A DNA stretch of 64,000 bases from Octopus bimaculoides (Eukaryota). Of this stretch, positions 23,401 to 34,560 are shown piece after piece. Made by a program: the position numbers and the translations under genes. Below the pieces are notes generated by a model. The model saw only the letters and a program-made list of their open reading frames with translations, did not search any database and had not been told where the DNA came from. The stretch lies in contig NC_068982.1 of assembly GCF_001194135.2 (NCBI RefSeq), positions 7,523,934 through 7,587,933 on the forward strand, written 5' to 3'. Positions within the stretch are counted from its first letter, which is position 1; every line of letters begins with the position of its first letter.

Positions 23401-24007
23401 ACTCTTTCAGCACCTGATTCTGCATATGAAATCTTTGGTTTTCTCAGACATGTTCTTTAAATATTGATTAGTCCTCCGTTGGATAGAAATATTCTTAATT
23501 GAAAATTCAGTGTGTATGATTCCATTTTCCATTTGCTTTTTCTTCTTCATGTAAATAGTGCTCTAACATAAAAGAAGAAGCTCATGAAAACTTGTCAGTA
23601 CACTGGTTCAAAAAGGCGGAGAAAATGGTATTCTGACATTATACAGCTTTCTGCTGGAGCTGAAAATCTTCACAAATTCGTACTCTGAGGCTCATCTAAC
23701 CGCTCATCAGACAGACATGAACATTTATAAATCGTTTGACATCGACTTTTTCTCATTCTAAATCTTTATAATGTTCATCAAAGGTCAGTTGCGTTGTCTA
23801 ACGGATTCATCAAATTTTCAAAAGTTAAAATTCTGTCCAATTAGCTCTAAATGCTTATTCGATGATTTAACATTTTTATTTTACGTTCGTACGGTTTCTT
23901 TCAGAACATTTAAATCAATACTTTGATATGCGACAATAAATATTTAGTTGGAGAGAGTTATTTACGTAGATGCCTTTGCAAAGATAATAAGCTTTATATC
24001 TATATAA

Positions 24008-24068
24008 TGGTCGAGAGCACCGCGACGCGTAATCACGGAGGTGTGAGTTCGAGTCTCATAGCTGGCCA
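24008..24068 (+). pseudogene. 5'-truncated tRNA-like fragment (anticodon CGT, Thr-like) or orphan SINE head
   Basis: T arm gtgag-TTCGAGT-ctcat; anticodon arm ccgcga-cgCGTaa-tcacgg. The 5' acceptor strand and the canonical U33 are absent. Confidence 0.4.
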
Positions 24069-25048
24069 CCCACACTTTTTTCAGCAAAATAGGGGTAGTT
24101 TATCCTGTTCAGGCTATATTATTAGCATTATCCTGCGTTTGAGAATTTAAAATCACTTCTTTAACTTTCTAAGACATATCAACGCTTCTAAAAGCAAACT
24201 TGGTTTGTTTGTTTCGTTTATCGTAAATTGAATATATCTATATATATATAATCAGCAGTCTGGTACTTACTTTCGGAGTATTTAAACCCAACAATTGTTT
24301 GAGATTTAGTAAATTTCCTTTGAGATATTCCACTTTACAACACTCCATAAAGAAAGAAAACTTTACAACTAACGTAAAAGAAGCTCATCATACCGACATC
24401 ACTCTATACAGATATTATGACGTCAGATTTCATTAAATGGATAATCATTTGAGAATTGACGGTGCCAAGGAAGAACACAAACAAGTGTCTCATGAGGGAA
24501 ACACTGGTTCATAACAAGAGCCGGTAGAGGTGTGCAGAAACCAAGAATTCAAGTCAAGAAAGTTTATGGAGCGATCATTCTATAAAGCTCTGACTGGGCT
24601 TCAATAGTTTGATGTTTTAAGGAGCTGAGAGGAAGTAATATATGCTGTCACCGACGTCGCTTAGAAAACAACACGATTTTCTTTGAATAAAAAGGGAAAA
24701 CCGGTTGTTCGTTACACCTGAAATGCGAGCTTGGACTTGATCGACTGGGATTGAGACAAATACACGCAGCGAGATGAAAATTGGAACTTTATTGTGGTGA
24801 AGCTAACTTCTTTGCCATTCGAATTATATATACCAGAGTAAGCACATGAATATGAAACAAGGAGGGAAAAATAGTACTCGAATACAAGAGGTAGAGTAAT
24901 AGATATATACTTCACTAAATTAAAAAAAGGGCATTAATCAGTACCAGTATTGTTAGAGATAAATGTCAAAACAACTCAATAGCCACAGAAGCACTATCTT
25001 ATTCAGCTGACACGACTTATTTTAACTCTTATTTCTAGCAATACTGTT

Positions 25049-25323
25049 CTCTTTTGCCAAACCGCTAAGTTATGGGGACGTGAACACACCAACACCGATC
25101 GTCAAGCGATGTTGGGAGGACAAACACAGAAATATACACATATACATATATATTTATACGACGGGCTTCTTTCAGTTTCCGCCTACCAAATCCACTCACA
25201 AGGCTTTGGTCGGGCCGAGGCTATAGTAGAGGACATTTGTCCAAAGTGCCACGCAGTGAGACTGAACCCGAAACCATGGGGTTGGGACGCAAGTCTTCTT
25301 ACCACACAGCCACACCTGCACCT
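25049..25323 (-). mobile_element. SINE family B (3' module truncated)
   Basis: cgacgggcttctttcagtttccgcctaccaaatccactcacaaggctttggtcgggccgaggctatagtaga.. and an intact head. Confidence 0.9.
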
Positions 25324-26592
25324 ATATATATACGACTGAAGCCGGTACTGAAATGATTTTTTTTATTATTTTGGCATCTTCTACCGTGACTTTTATCTTT
25401 ATATATATATCAACTCGTGTGTTCCTTTTCAACCTTCTGCATATATATATATATATACATATATATATNNNNNNNNNNNNNNNNNNNNNNNNNNNNNNNN
25501 NNNNNNNNNNNNNNNNNNNNNNNNNNNNNNNNNNNNNNNNNNNNNNNNNNNNNNNNNNNNNNNNNNNNNNNNNNNNNNNNNNNNNNNNNNNNNNNNNNNN
25601 NNNNNNNNNNNNNNNNNNNNNNNNNAGAATGATCATTTATGTATGTGTGCGTGTGTGTTTATACATAATCGTTTCACATGATTAAAAACGTGTAACCGGT
25701 TTACATGTGAGTAGCGTTTATAAGTTCAAAGACGATTAGAAAATATTCATAAATTTTGAATAAATTTGCACAGCAACAATCATGAAGCCATATCACATTA
25801 CTGTCTTATTATTGCAATAAATATATTAGATACTGTTTGTCCTGTAATTACATTAATCAATACAGATTAAATTTGAAGAGAAATAATTTGAAGCGAAAAT
25901 GTCGGGACAACAATTTTTCTTGTATTTTTAGCTGCATTTATCGAACTTTACAGATAACACATATATATGGTGAGCATTATATGTTGTCACCTGTGTGCGT
26001 TTGTTTCGGTATTTGTTACTGATTTCAGCTTGTTCGTTTATTTGATTTCGTTATAGTTATTGGCAAATTGCCAAATTTGTAGACAAAATTATAACTTCTG
26101 TCATCTTAGCACACGTGACTTTTCAGTTTTATTCAGTTAAATACCTGACAACCAAGCTTTTGGAAACTCAATTTCAACTTCGCCGTAACATGACTCTCTT
26201 TATGGGATATAGTTCAGCTACCGGAAAATCCAGACATTATTTATAATTCAGGTTTGTTGATTCGTATATAATTTTAGCTGGTTGACAGCTTGCATTGGAG
26301 ATATACTTCCATATTGATATCTGCGTTAAATCTGTGTAGTTACGTAAAAATAAAGCAAATGAACTCTCAGTGGAAGTTACTAGTAATACAACATGTGAGA
26401 TAAATAGTTCAGAAAAACTAAGCTATCCTATCAACAACTCATGTCGAATATAGATGTATTTAATATTTGAACGTAATTAAAGATTGACATTTTATAGTTC
26501 TTCAATCTTCTTGTATTTCTGTCAGTGACCGATAAAATTGTGAATCTAAATATGCAATATATTATGAGAATTCGATATTTGGCATTTGTCTA

Positions 26593-26805
26593 AGGCGGCG
26601 AGCTGGCAGAATCGTTACCACGCGGAACAAACTGTTAAGCGGTATTTCGTCCGTCTTTTCATTCCGAATTCGAATTCCGCCGAGGTTGTCCTTGCCTTTC
26701 ATCCTTTCGGGGTCGTTAAAATAAGTACCAGTTGAACACTGGAATCGATGTAATCGACTGACCGCTTCTCCTGAAATTGCTGGCCTTGTACCAAAATTTA
26801 AAACC
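26593..26805 (+). mobile_element. SINE family A, tail type c, imperfect 19-bp TSD
   Basis: gatatttggcatttgtcta (26574-26592) versus gatatttgatatctgtcta (26806-26824); tail gaaattgctggccttgtaccaaaatttaaaacc. Confidence 0.88.
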
Positions 26806-27381
26806 GATATTTGATATCTGTCTAGCAAACTTGCTCCAATGTTATGCACACTAGTCTGTTTACATCCAACAGATCGATAGGAAGCGTTCACATCGCTCTT
26901 CTCAACTTTTCCGTCTCCACAAAACTTGTGTGTAGGAATTCATAACCATTTATAGATTTCTATACATTCATATTCCATAGGCAAAGTCTGGTATCAGATG
27001 ACCAAAAAATTTCTACTCGAGGTTTTATAATTTTTAGTTGTTTTTGTTTATTCATTTATCGATATTAAATAAAGCCATTGGCTGCAGATGAGAATCGTAT
27101 CAAGTAATCTTGTTGCGAAGATTTAAAGTCAAGTAGAAACCCACATAATCCTTGCCGTTTTTACTGACGCTGCGACTCGCATTTATAAATGTTCATATGC
27201 TGTTTTCTTTATTTACTGTTACTTCGAGATGGATGATACAAGGTTAAATGTTTTAGCTGCAAACACAATATACAACTACTGGTTAGGCACCAACCGATTA
27301 CCGACTTCTTACATGGTTTTCTGACTTCCCTCTCTTTCTATTATGCGTGTACACCGACACGCGCACCCATATATACATATA

Positions 27382-27471
27382 CAGTAATCCCCTGACTATC
27401 GCGGGTGTTACGTTCCAAACCCACCTCCAGCGATAGTTGAAAATCCGCGAAGTAGAAATAGTACTGTACTG

Positions 27472-27502
<31 letters not shown>

Positions 27503-27637
27503 TTGTTTTTGTTTGCTATTTTTATAGTTTATATATATTTATTTTATTATAAATGCAAAACAACACTTCGGCGGAACCGACGTAAGCTTAAATAATAAAC
27601 CGTGATAGGTGAACCGCGATATGGCGAGGAGTTACTG
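27382..27637. mobile_element. Tigger/pogo-type MITE (256 bp)
   Basis: Imperfect TIRs TA|CAGTAATCCCCTGACTATCGCGG ... CCGCGATATGGCGAGGAGTTACTG|TA, TA TSD, AT-rich non-coding interior. Confidence 0.8.
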
Positions 27638-28371
27638 TATACAGACAGACAGACAGTCAGACAGGCAGGTTGGTAGGTAGGTAGGTATACATACATGCAT
27701 ACATAAATGCGTATACTCTTGCCCACATACACTCATACATACGCCTGCCTGTGTAAGTGTGTGTATGTGAGCTCGTTTCTTTATTAATTTTCTTAAACTA
27801 CTTAACAATTATTTAAGAAGTTTCATTGGTTTAAATTTCAATAGTTCCAAACCCCTTTTATTCTATTTTAAGTACCATATCATTTATCGCATTTGGCAAC
27901 ACTAAATCAGTCTTATTTTCTTTTTAACTTATACGCAATTCAGCTTCTTATCTTGCTGCAAACCTTTCCGAAGATAAAACTAAATAAATTAGTCCTATAG
28001 AATGGATTTTATCAGAGGAAAGGGAATTAACATTCTATTGAATGGACGTTGCTATCAGCTGAAAACTTGGCATTATACTGAAGACAAGTGATAAGGTCGC
28101 ATCAACGTTAACAGAAGTTTATGGGGGAAATGCCTCTAATTTAGTTAATTTTAACTTCGTGTAAATTTACAGTGGAATAGTAAACTAAAATGTATTTATC
28201 TTGAAAAGAAAACAATCTCGTCCTAGAGTTGCTCAATGCGATTAATAAAATATCATATAAACAACGATAAAAAATATACATTTAGGTTATTAAGAATTTA
28301 AACAACTGAAGCGCCTTCAGTTGTTCTTAAAAACACAAAAGAAAATATATAAATTTAAATGCCATCTTATG

Positions 28372-28414
<43 letters not shown>

Positions 28415-28899
28415 TTATATAGAAGTTGACTTAAAATTTGTGCATCAGGCATTTACCCTCCATGTGTATACGGTTGTCCATTAGGGCTTGTTCTGCTGCC
28501 TAACAAAAGTATAAAGGAACAATAGTGTTCTAAGACAACTAAACGTACAATCATCGACAGCAAGAAAATTTCCATCCCCCAAAATTGATGTATCATAGTG
28601 AGTTATTCAAACAAATGATAGCACGTATAGTTGACACTTAAAGAGCGGCTAATAACTTTTAAGGCCTTCACAAGTTTCCCAACAAGAAATAGGGGACAGA
28701 ATGTTGGGTTTTAACCAGGATGCTCATTTCATCTACAGAGCAAACCCTCAAGAGAAGCCATACAGACAACCAAAAACCAATGGAGAGGAAGGAAACCTGA
28801 AGCAGAATTCCTCCCAACACACCTCAGATCTCCCGTAAATTTCGGCACCACCTACACCTTATTAGGCACAAAGACACCAGCAATTCTGTTGCCTTCCGA

Positions 28900-29230
28900 T
28901 GGTGTCTACGTTCAACGATTCCTAGATTCTCTAACACTGACGTAGAACACGCAGCCCGGAATAAAACAGCATATTGTATTTGAAGTACGGGGTTGACTCA
29001 CTTGTGGTTACTAGTTCCAGAGAAAAAGAAAAGAAGTTACAGGCGCCCTTTAACAGCCTCCACGAAAGTATCAATTTCGACATCGGTTGTACTGCACTGG
29101 GTGACTCCTTAACTTTTCTAAAGTTCATTGTGTCCTTTACTACAGAAGCCGTGATTCAGCTCATCGAGAAGGTGACGAAGAAGAAAATCTTTTCCTTGCT
29201 GGATGCCCTTTATTCTTAAAGATGAAGACA
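28900..29230 (+). mobile_element. Decayed Penelope-like reverse transcriptase fragment
   Basis: YLKYGVDSLVVTSS..LQAPFNSLHESINF..SLTFLKF..EKVTKK parallels Y.RYVDD.F..FNSLH.SIKFT..LPFLD..KPT. Confidence 0.5.
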
Positions 29231-30176
29231 ACGTACAAAGAAATAATCCACCTGTTGCATGGACAAGTGCGACGCCAGCAGACACCAAACTAGAGCAGTT
29301 TGGTTTTCGTTTTACAGTTGTTACTCATGAAACGCTGAGAAGTGGAAATATTCGGAACATAAGCCAGGAAGATTGAATTACTATCTTGTCTCTTTCATCT
29401 TAACCTCTTCGATTTAATTTCTTTGGATTTCTGTGTTTTGAACATTGAACATTCTGTAGAAANNNNNNNNNNNNNNNNNNNNNNNNNNNNNNNNNNNNNN
29501 NNNNNNNNNNNNNNNNNNNNNNNNNNNNNNNNNNNNNNNNNNNNNNNNNNNNNNNNNNNNNNNNNNNNNNNNNNNNNNNNNNNNNNNNNNNNNNNNNNNN
29601 NNNNNNNNNNNNNNNNNNNNNNNNNNNNNNNNNNNNNNNNNNNNNNNNNNNNNNNNNNNNNNNNNNNNNNNNNNNNNNNNNNNNNNNNNNNNNNNNNNNN
29701 NNNNNNNNNNNNNNNNNNNNNNNNNNNNNNNNNNNNNNNNNNNNNNNNNNNNNNNNNNNNNNNNNNNNNNNNNNNNNNNNNNNNNNNNNNNNNNNNNNNN
29801 NNNNNNNNNNNNNNNNNNNNNNNNNNNNNNNNNNNNNNNNNNNNNNNNNNNNNNNNNNNNNNNNNNNNNNNNNNNNNNNNNNNNNNNNNNNNNNNNNNNN
29901 NNNNNNNNNNNNNNNNNNNNNNNNNNNNNNNNNNNNNNNNNNNNNNNNNNNNNNNNNNNNNNNNNNNNNNNNNNNNNNNNNNNNNNNNNNNNNNNNNNNN
30001 NNNNNNNNNNNNNNNNNNNNNNNNNNNNNNNNNNNNNNNNNNNNNNNNNNNNNNNNNNNNNNNNNNNNNNNNNNNNNNNNNNNNNNNNNNNNNNNNNNNN
30101 NNNNNNNNNNNNNNNNNNNNNNNNNNNNNNNNNNNNNNNNNNNNNNNNNNNNNNNNNNNNNNNNNNNNNNNNNNNN

Positions 30177-30207
<31 letters not shown>

Positions 30208-31007
30208 ATTTTATAGTTATATGTATTTGGCGTGTGTGCGATTGTGCGTGCGCATGCGTGCGCGCGCGTGCAAGGCCAATGAACATAAAAAAAGAACGCA
30301 GATAGAACAAAGTTTGATGAATAAAGTATTAGGTTAACGCTTGACTGGAGTGTTTTAATATTTCGTATGGTAACCCTCCATCAGAAAAACAAAATAAGCA
30401 TAGGATAAAAAAAAAAGGGAAGCATCATTTTCATTGAAAAGAAAAAGTGTAAAATTCTGAACAAAAATTAATTACTGAAGGGGGCAAAGGATATAAGAGG
30501 AATATGAAAGGTTAGAAAGGAGGCCGAATGGCGTTCTGTGTGAGCAGTCAGGAAGGATGGAAGTGGATGGGTAGATTCATGCGTCAGTGTTTACGGGAGC
30601 GGGCATAATTGGAGATGTGTGTATGCGTACAGACGTCGTCTGCGAGTGTGGAAGAAAGATGTCGCTTGGTAGTGAGGGTTGAGAGGATGTTGGTGTGTCT
30701 GTAATTGTTAAGCAGATAAGTGTGAATGTGAGCATAAGATGGTGTAGGTGGGTGCGAATGGAGGTGTCAGAAAGCATATGTTATAAATAAATAAATAGAT
30801 TCAAGTGGGGAATGGAAAACTTTTTTTTTTTTTTCAGGCCTGCAGCCGTGAATCATGGGGTGAATGGCTGGAAAGATCACGATGCTAACATTCGAACTTG
30901 AAACAAAATCTTTCAGATATTCAAATTACGAAAGGAACAAAAAAAACATGCTAAAAGATGTTAAAAATTTGGGGAAGTAGGTTAATTGTCCAAGAAGGTG
31001 AAAGTCC

Positions 31008-31243
31008 TTCTTGGGCGGCGAGCTGGCAGAAATGTTAGCACGCCGGGCGAAATGCTTCGCGGTTTTTCGTCTGCCATTACGTTCTAAGTTCAAATTCCGC
31101 CGTGGTCGACTTTGCCTTTCATCCTTTCGGGGTCGATAAACTAAGTACCAATTATGCACTGGGGTTGATGTAATCGACTTAATCCATTTGTCTGTCCTTG
31201 TCTGTCCCCTCTATGTTTAGCCCCTCGTGGGCAATAAAGAAAT
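31008..31243 (+). mobile_element. SINE family A, full-length, tail type b, 16-bp TSD
   Basis: aagaaggtgaaagtcc at 30992-31007 and 31244-31259. Confidence 0.92.
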
Positions 31244-31267
31244 AAGAAGGTGAAAGTCCAATGTTAG

Positions 31268-31295
31268 AAGGTGTGGCTTAGTGGTTAGGATGTCG
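31268..31295 (+). mobile_element. Isolated tRNA-like SINE head fragment (GAAGGTGTGGCTTAGTGGTTAGG)
   Basis: Canonical box A (TGGCTTAGTGG) that runs directly into a purine tract. Confidence 0.4.
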
Positions 31296-31735
31296 GAGGA
31301 GGAGGAGAGGGATAAAGAGGAAACAGGGGAAGGGATGAAGGGGAAGAGACGAAGAAGTACAAAGAGGAGGGATGACTAGAAAGAGTGGGAGAGGAGGAAG
31401 CGGATGACAAAGCGTAGGATGAAGAAGAGAAGGCGGAGTGAGAGAAGAAGGACGAGGAGAAAAAGTATAAGAGGAGGAGGACGGAGAGGTGAAGAGGGCA
31501 AGAAAGAAGAGGTGAAGAAGGTGGAAGAGGAGGAATAGAAGAAGTAGGAAAAGACGAAGAAAGAGAGAAGAGACAAAGAAAAGGGAGGATGAGAAAGGAG
31601 AGTAGAAAAGGAAAGAGGCGACGACGGGGAGGAGGAAGGGGAGGTATGGGAAAGGAGGACGAGGAGGTATAGGAAAGGAGGAAGGGGAGGTATGGGAAAG
31701 GAGGAAGAGGCGAGGAAGGGCAAAGTAGAGGACGG
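31296..31735 (+). repeat. About 440-bp purine-rich (GA/GGA/GAA) low-complexity tract
   Basis: Almost exclusively A/G on the + strand, with an internal direct repeat ggaggaaggggaggtatgggaaaggagga (2 copies). Confidence 0.9.
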
Positions 31736-31738
31736 TAT

Positions 31739-31960
31739 ATACTCTTTTACTCTTTTACTTGTTTCAGTCATTTGACTGTGGCCATGCTGGAGCACCGTCT
31801 TTAGTCGAGCAAATCGACCCCAGGACTATCGGTCTCTTTTTGCCGAACCGCTAGGTTACGGGGACCTAAACACACCACCATCGGTGGTCAAGCGATGTTG
31901 GTGCGACAAACACAGACACAAACATATACACACATATACATATATATATATACATATATA
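31739..31960 (-). mobile_element. SINE family B, 3' half (the 5' half is lost in the gap)
   Basis: Tail ctcttttactcttttacttgtttcagtcatttgactgtggccatgctggagcac. An approximately 28-bp deletion lies between the cttattct repeats. Confidence 0.88.
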
Positions 31961-32492
31961 NNNNNNNNNNNNNNNNNNNNNNNNNNNNNNNNNNNNNNNN
32001 NNNNNNNNNNNNNNNNNNNNNNNNNNNNNNNNNNNNNNNNNNNNNNNNNNNNNNNNNNNNNNNNNNNNNNNNNNNNNNNNNNNNNNNNNNNNNNNNNNNN
32101 NNNNNNNNNNNNNNNNNNNNNNNNNNNNNNNNNNNNNNNNNNNNNNNNNNNNNNNNNNNNNNNNNNNNNNNNNNNNNNNNNNNNNNNNNNNNNNNNNNNN
32201 NNNNNNNNNNNNNNNNNNNNNNNNNNNNNNNNNNNNNNNNNNNNNNNNNNNNNNNNNNNNNCATACATACACATACATACTTTTATACAAACATTCATAA
32301 TACCTACATACATGCATATATGCATGTATACATTCGTATATTACAAGTGGAACAGTAAAAATATGCAAGACTTTTCTCAAGTTCCAAATGTGAATTTGTC
32401 TGTGTTAACTACATTCCAAAGCTGGAGCCCTGTATATTTTTTGGAAACCGGCACCCTCCTCAGTGGAATGTTTCTTATAAAAATAGAAGACA

Positions 32493-33845
32493 TATTTATC
32501 CGAACTTTCCCCGCTCCAGCATCTTTCACTTACTCCAACACAATCGCCATCGACACAAAAGCCAGTATAACCACCAACATTACTAGAGACAAACAGTGGC
32601 AACTATACAATTAAATTTAGCAATATGAGCACCACCATTACGTACCCATAACAATAATATATGCTTAATAGCAATGTCTGTATCTACATATGTTGTATGT
32701 TTACACATCAGTGTGTATGAGTGTACATGCGTGTGAGTGTGTGTGTCTGTGTGTGCACGCATGCGTGTGTGTGTATTGCGTATATAGAGGTATGTGTATG
32801 TGCGTTGATTTTGGAGGTTTTAAGGCTAAAGTTAGAGGGCCAAGGTGTGAAGTACCCAAGAACCATTCGACTACCTGTAACCCTTCAACTAATTGTAATC
32901 ACCTTTTCACCGTATCATTTTCATTCATACACCCATAAACATATCACAACTTTTGCTCTTGAAAACAGTTCTTTCCCAGAGCTATAATATTTATGAAATA
33001 TTTGTTGTGGATAGTTCTTGAGTTCAGCCCAATTTTGGATTTACCTACAATTTAAAGTGCCCGGACCAAAATCATGAAGTAAAACTTAAAACAATAACGT
33101 GAAAAGGAACTGTAAAGTGTATAATGCACCAGGTAGTAAACTCGATCTTAAAAAGTGATTCATTCCGCAGAAATACAAAGTCAGGTATATCGCCAAAAAA
33201 AAGTTGGAACTTCTACTGTAAGAACGATACGTGACAATGAATGAAAAAATTAAGTGCTCAACAAGTTATTTGGTTGAGTGATGGGACCTCATTTTTTCAC
33301 AGATCTTATATGACGCTTATAATGGAACGACCCTTAAGAGCATGGATCGAGAAGCAAACTCGTCGCAGTGTGCTGATAATTTAGATAATTTGTATACTGA
33401 TTCCCAAACAATGGAAAGTGAAACTTCTAATAAAAACTTTTCCGGCTGGTTTGAAGAGTTTAAGAAGCAATTGAATTTGTACAGAATAACAATGACTAGT
33501 GAAGATGCTAATGATGTTACAAGGGATGTTCTGTTACAAATTTAATTACTGTGAACTGGCGAAAAAATTATTGCTGAAGGGGACCACACACCAAAGCAAA
33601 TATTCAATGTTTCTAAAACTACATTTATTGGAAGTTCATGCCAGCAAGACGTTTTACTTCTCAAGAAAGAAAACCTATACGAGAATTTAAAGCGTTCGAA
33701 AATCGTCTGCAACTTCTGGGAGGAAAATTGTATAGTTGCCACTGTTTTTCTCTAGTAATGTTGGTGGTTATACTGGCTTTTGTGTCGATGGCGATTGTGT
33801 TGGAGTAAGTGAAAGATGCTGGAGCGGGGAAAGTTCGGATAAATA
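32493..33845. repeat. 120-bp inverted repeat pair (32493-32612 and 33726-33845), 119/120 identical
   Basis: Manual reverse-complement alignment gives a single mismatch (gagacaaac versus gagaaaaac). Confidence 0.95.
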
Positions 33846-34560
33846 CTAAAGTCCGTATTCGTATATCACTCCAAAAATTCAAGAGTTTTCGTGGTTAATG
33901 CAAGGTTTCACTTAACTCTAGTTGATCATTCAAATACGAATTTCAGGATTAATAGGAGCTTCTTTGAAAAATGGTTCAAAAACATTTTTGTCATATTGCA
34001 GAAAGGTACAGTGACAAATATGATTCCAATAAAGCATTTCTCCTTTTAGACAGTGTACCAATGCATTCAGAGAACTTCAAACAACGTTCTGAATGAGTGT
34101 TATTTGAATATATCCGCAAGAATACAAATTTTTGATTCCAGCTCTTGGTTCTAAGTGTGATAGCCAACTTTACGGTATATTACCTAAGCTTTCAAACAAC
34201 TTATGAAAGCAATGAACAGGGAGGATAAACCTATAGTTTGAGACTCCTCGGAGAAATTCAACAAAATAGTTGTTCTGGCTAACATAACTTTGTAAGTGTT
34301 GGAAGAAATATAATACAAGACCGTATCCATGACTTTCGAAGATTTCCGCGAGCGGAAAGCTTACAATAAATTTAAAAAGAAACTTGTAAGTGATCTACGA
34401 TTTGAAGAAGTCGGACAGTATGATGTATTTGAGTAGTTAGTGTTTCAAAAAGAGGGATTACCAAACGAGGAGCGGATACTGTTAGAGGAAGACTAAATTA
34501 AGAATACAGGTGAGAATACAGAAATTGCAAGCTCTCCAAAGAAATACTGCAAAGATTATT
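33276..34560 (+). mobile_element. Decayed Tigger (pogo/TIGD1-like) transposase
   Basis: FSGWFEEFKKQLNL; IIAEGDHTPKQIFN; REFKAFENRLQLLGG; LKSVFVYHSKNSR; FFEKWF; AFLLLDSVPMH; VIANFTVYYL. Many frameshifts and stops; TIRs not found. Confidence 0.8.

Noticed and set aside
31376-31795. 139-aa S/P/F/L-rich minus-strand ORF
   Set aside because: Translation of the polypyrimidine strand of the GA tract plus a SINE B tail.
32405-32602. Cys/Gly-containing ORF (SSNVGGYTGFCVDGDCVGVSERCWSG) within the duplicated 120-bp segment
   Set aside because: 65 aa, no recognisable domain or splice context; the reading is not preserved as an ORF in the second copy. It cannot be supported as an exon.
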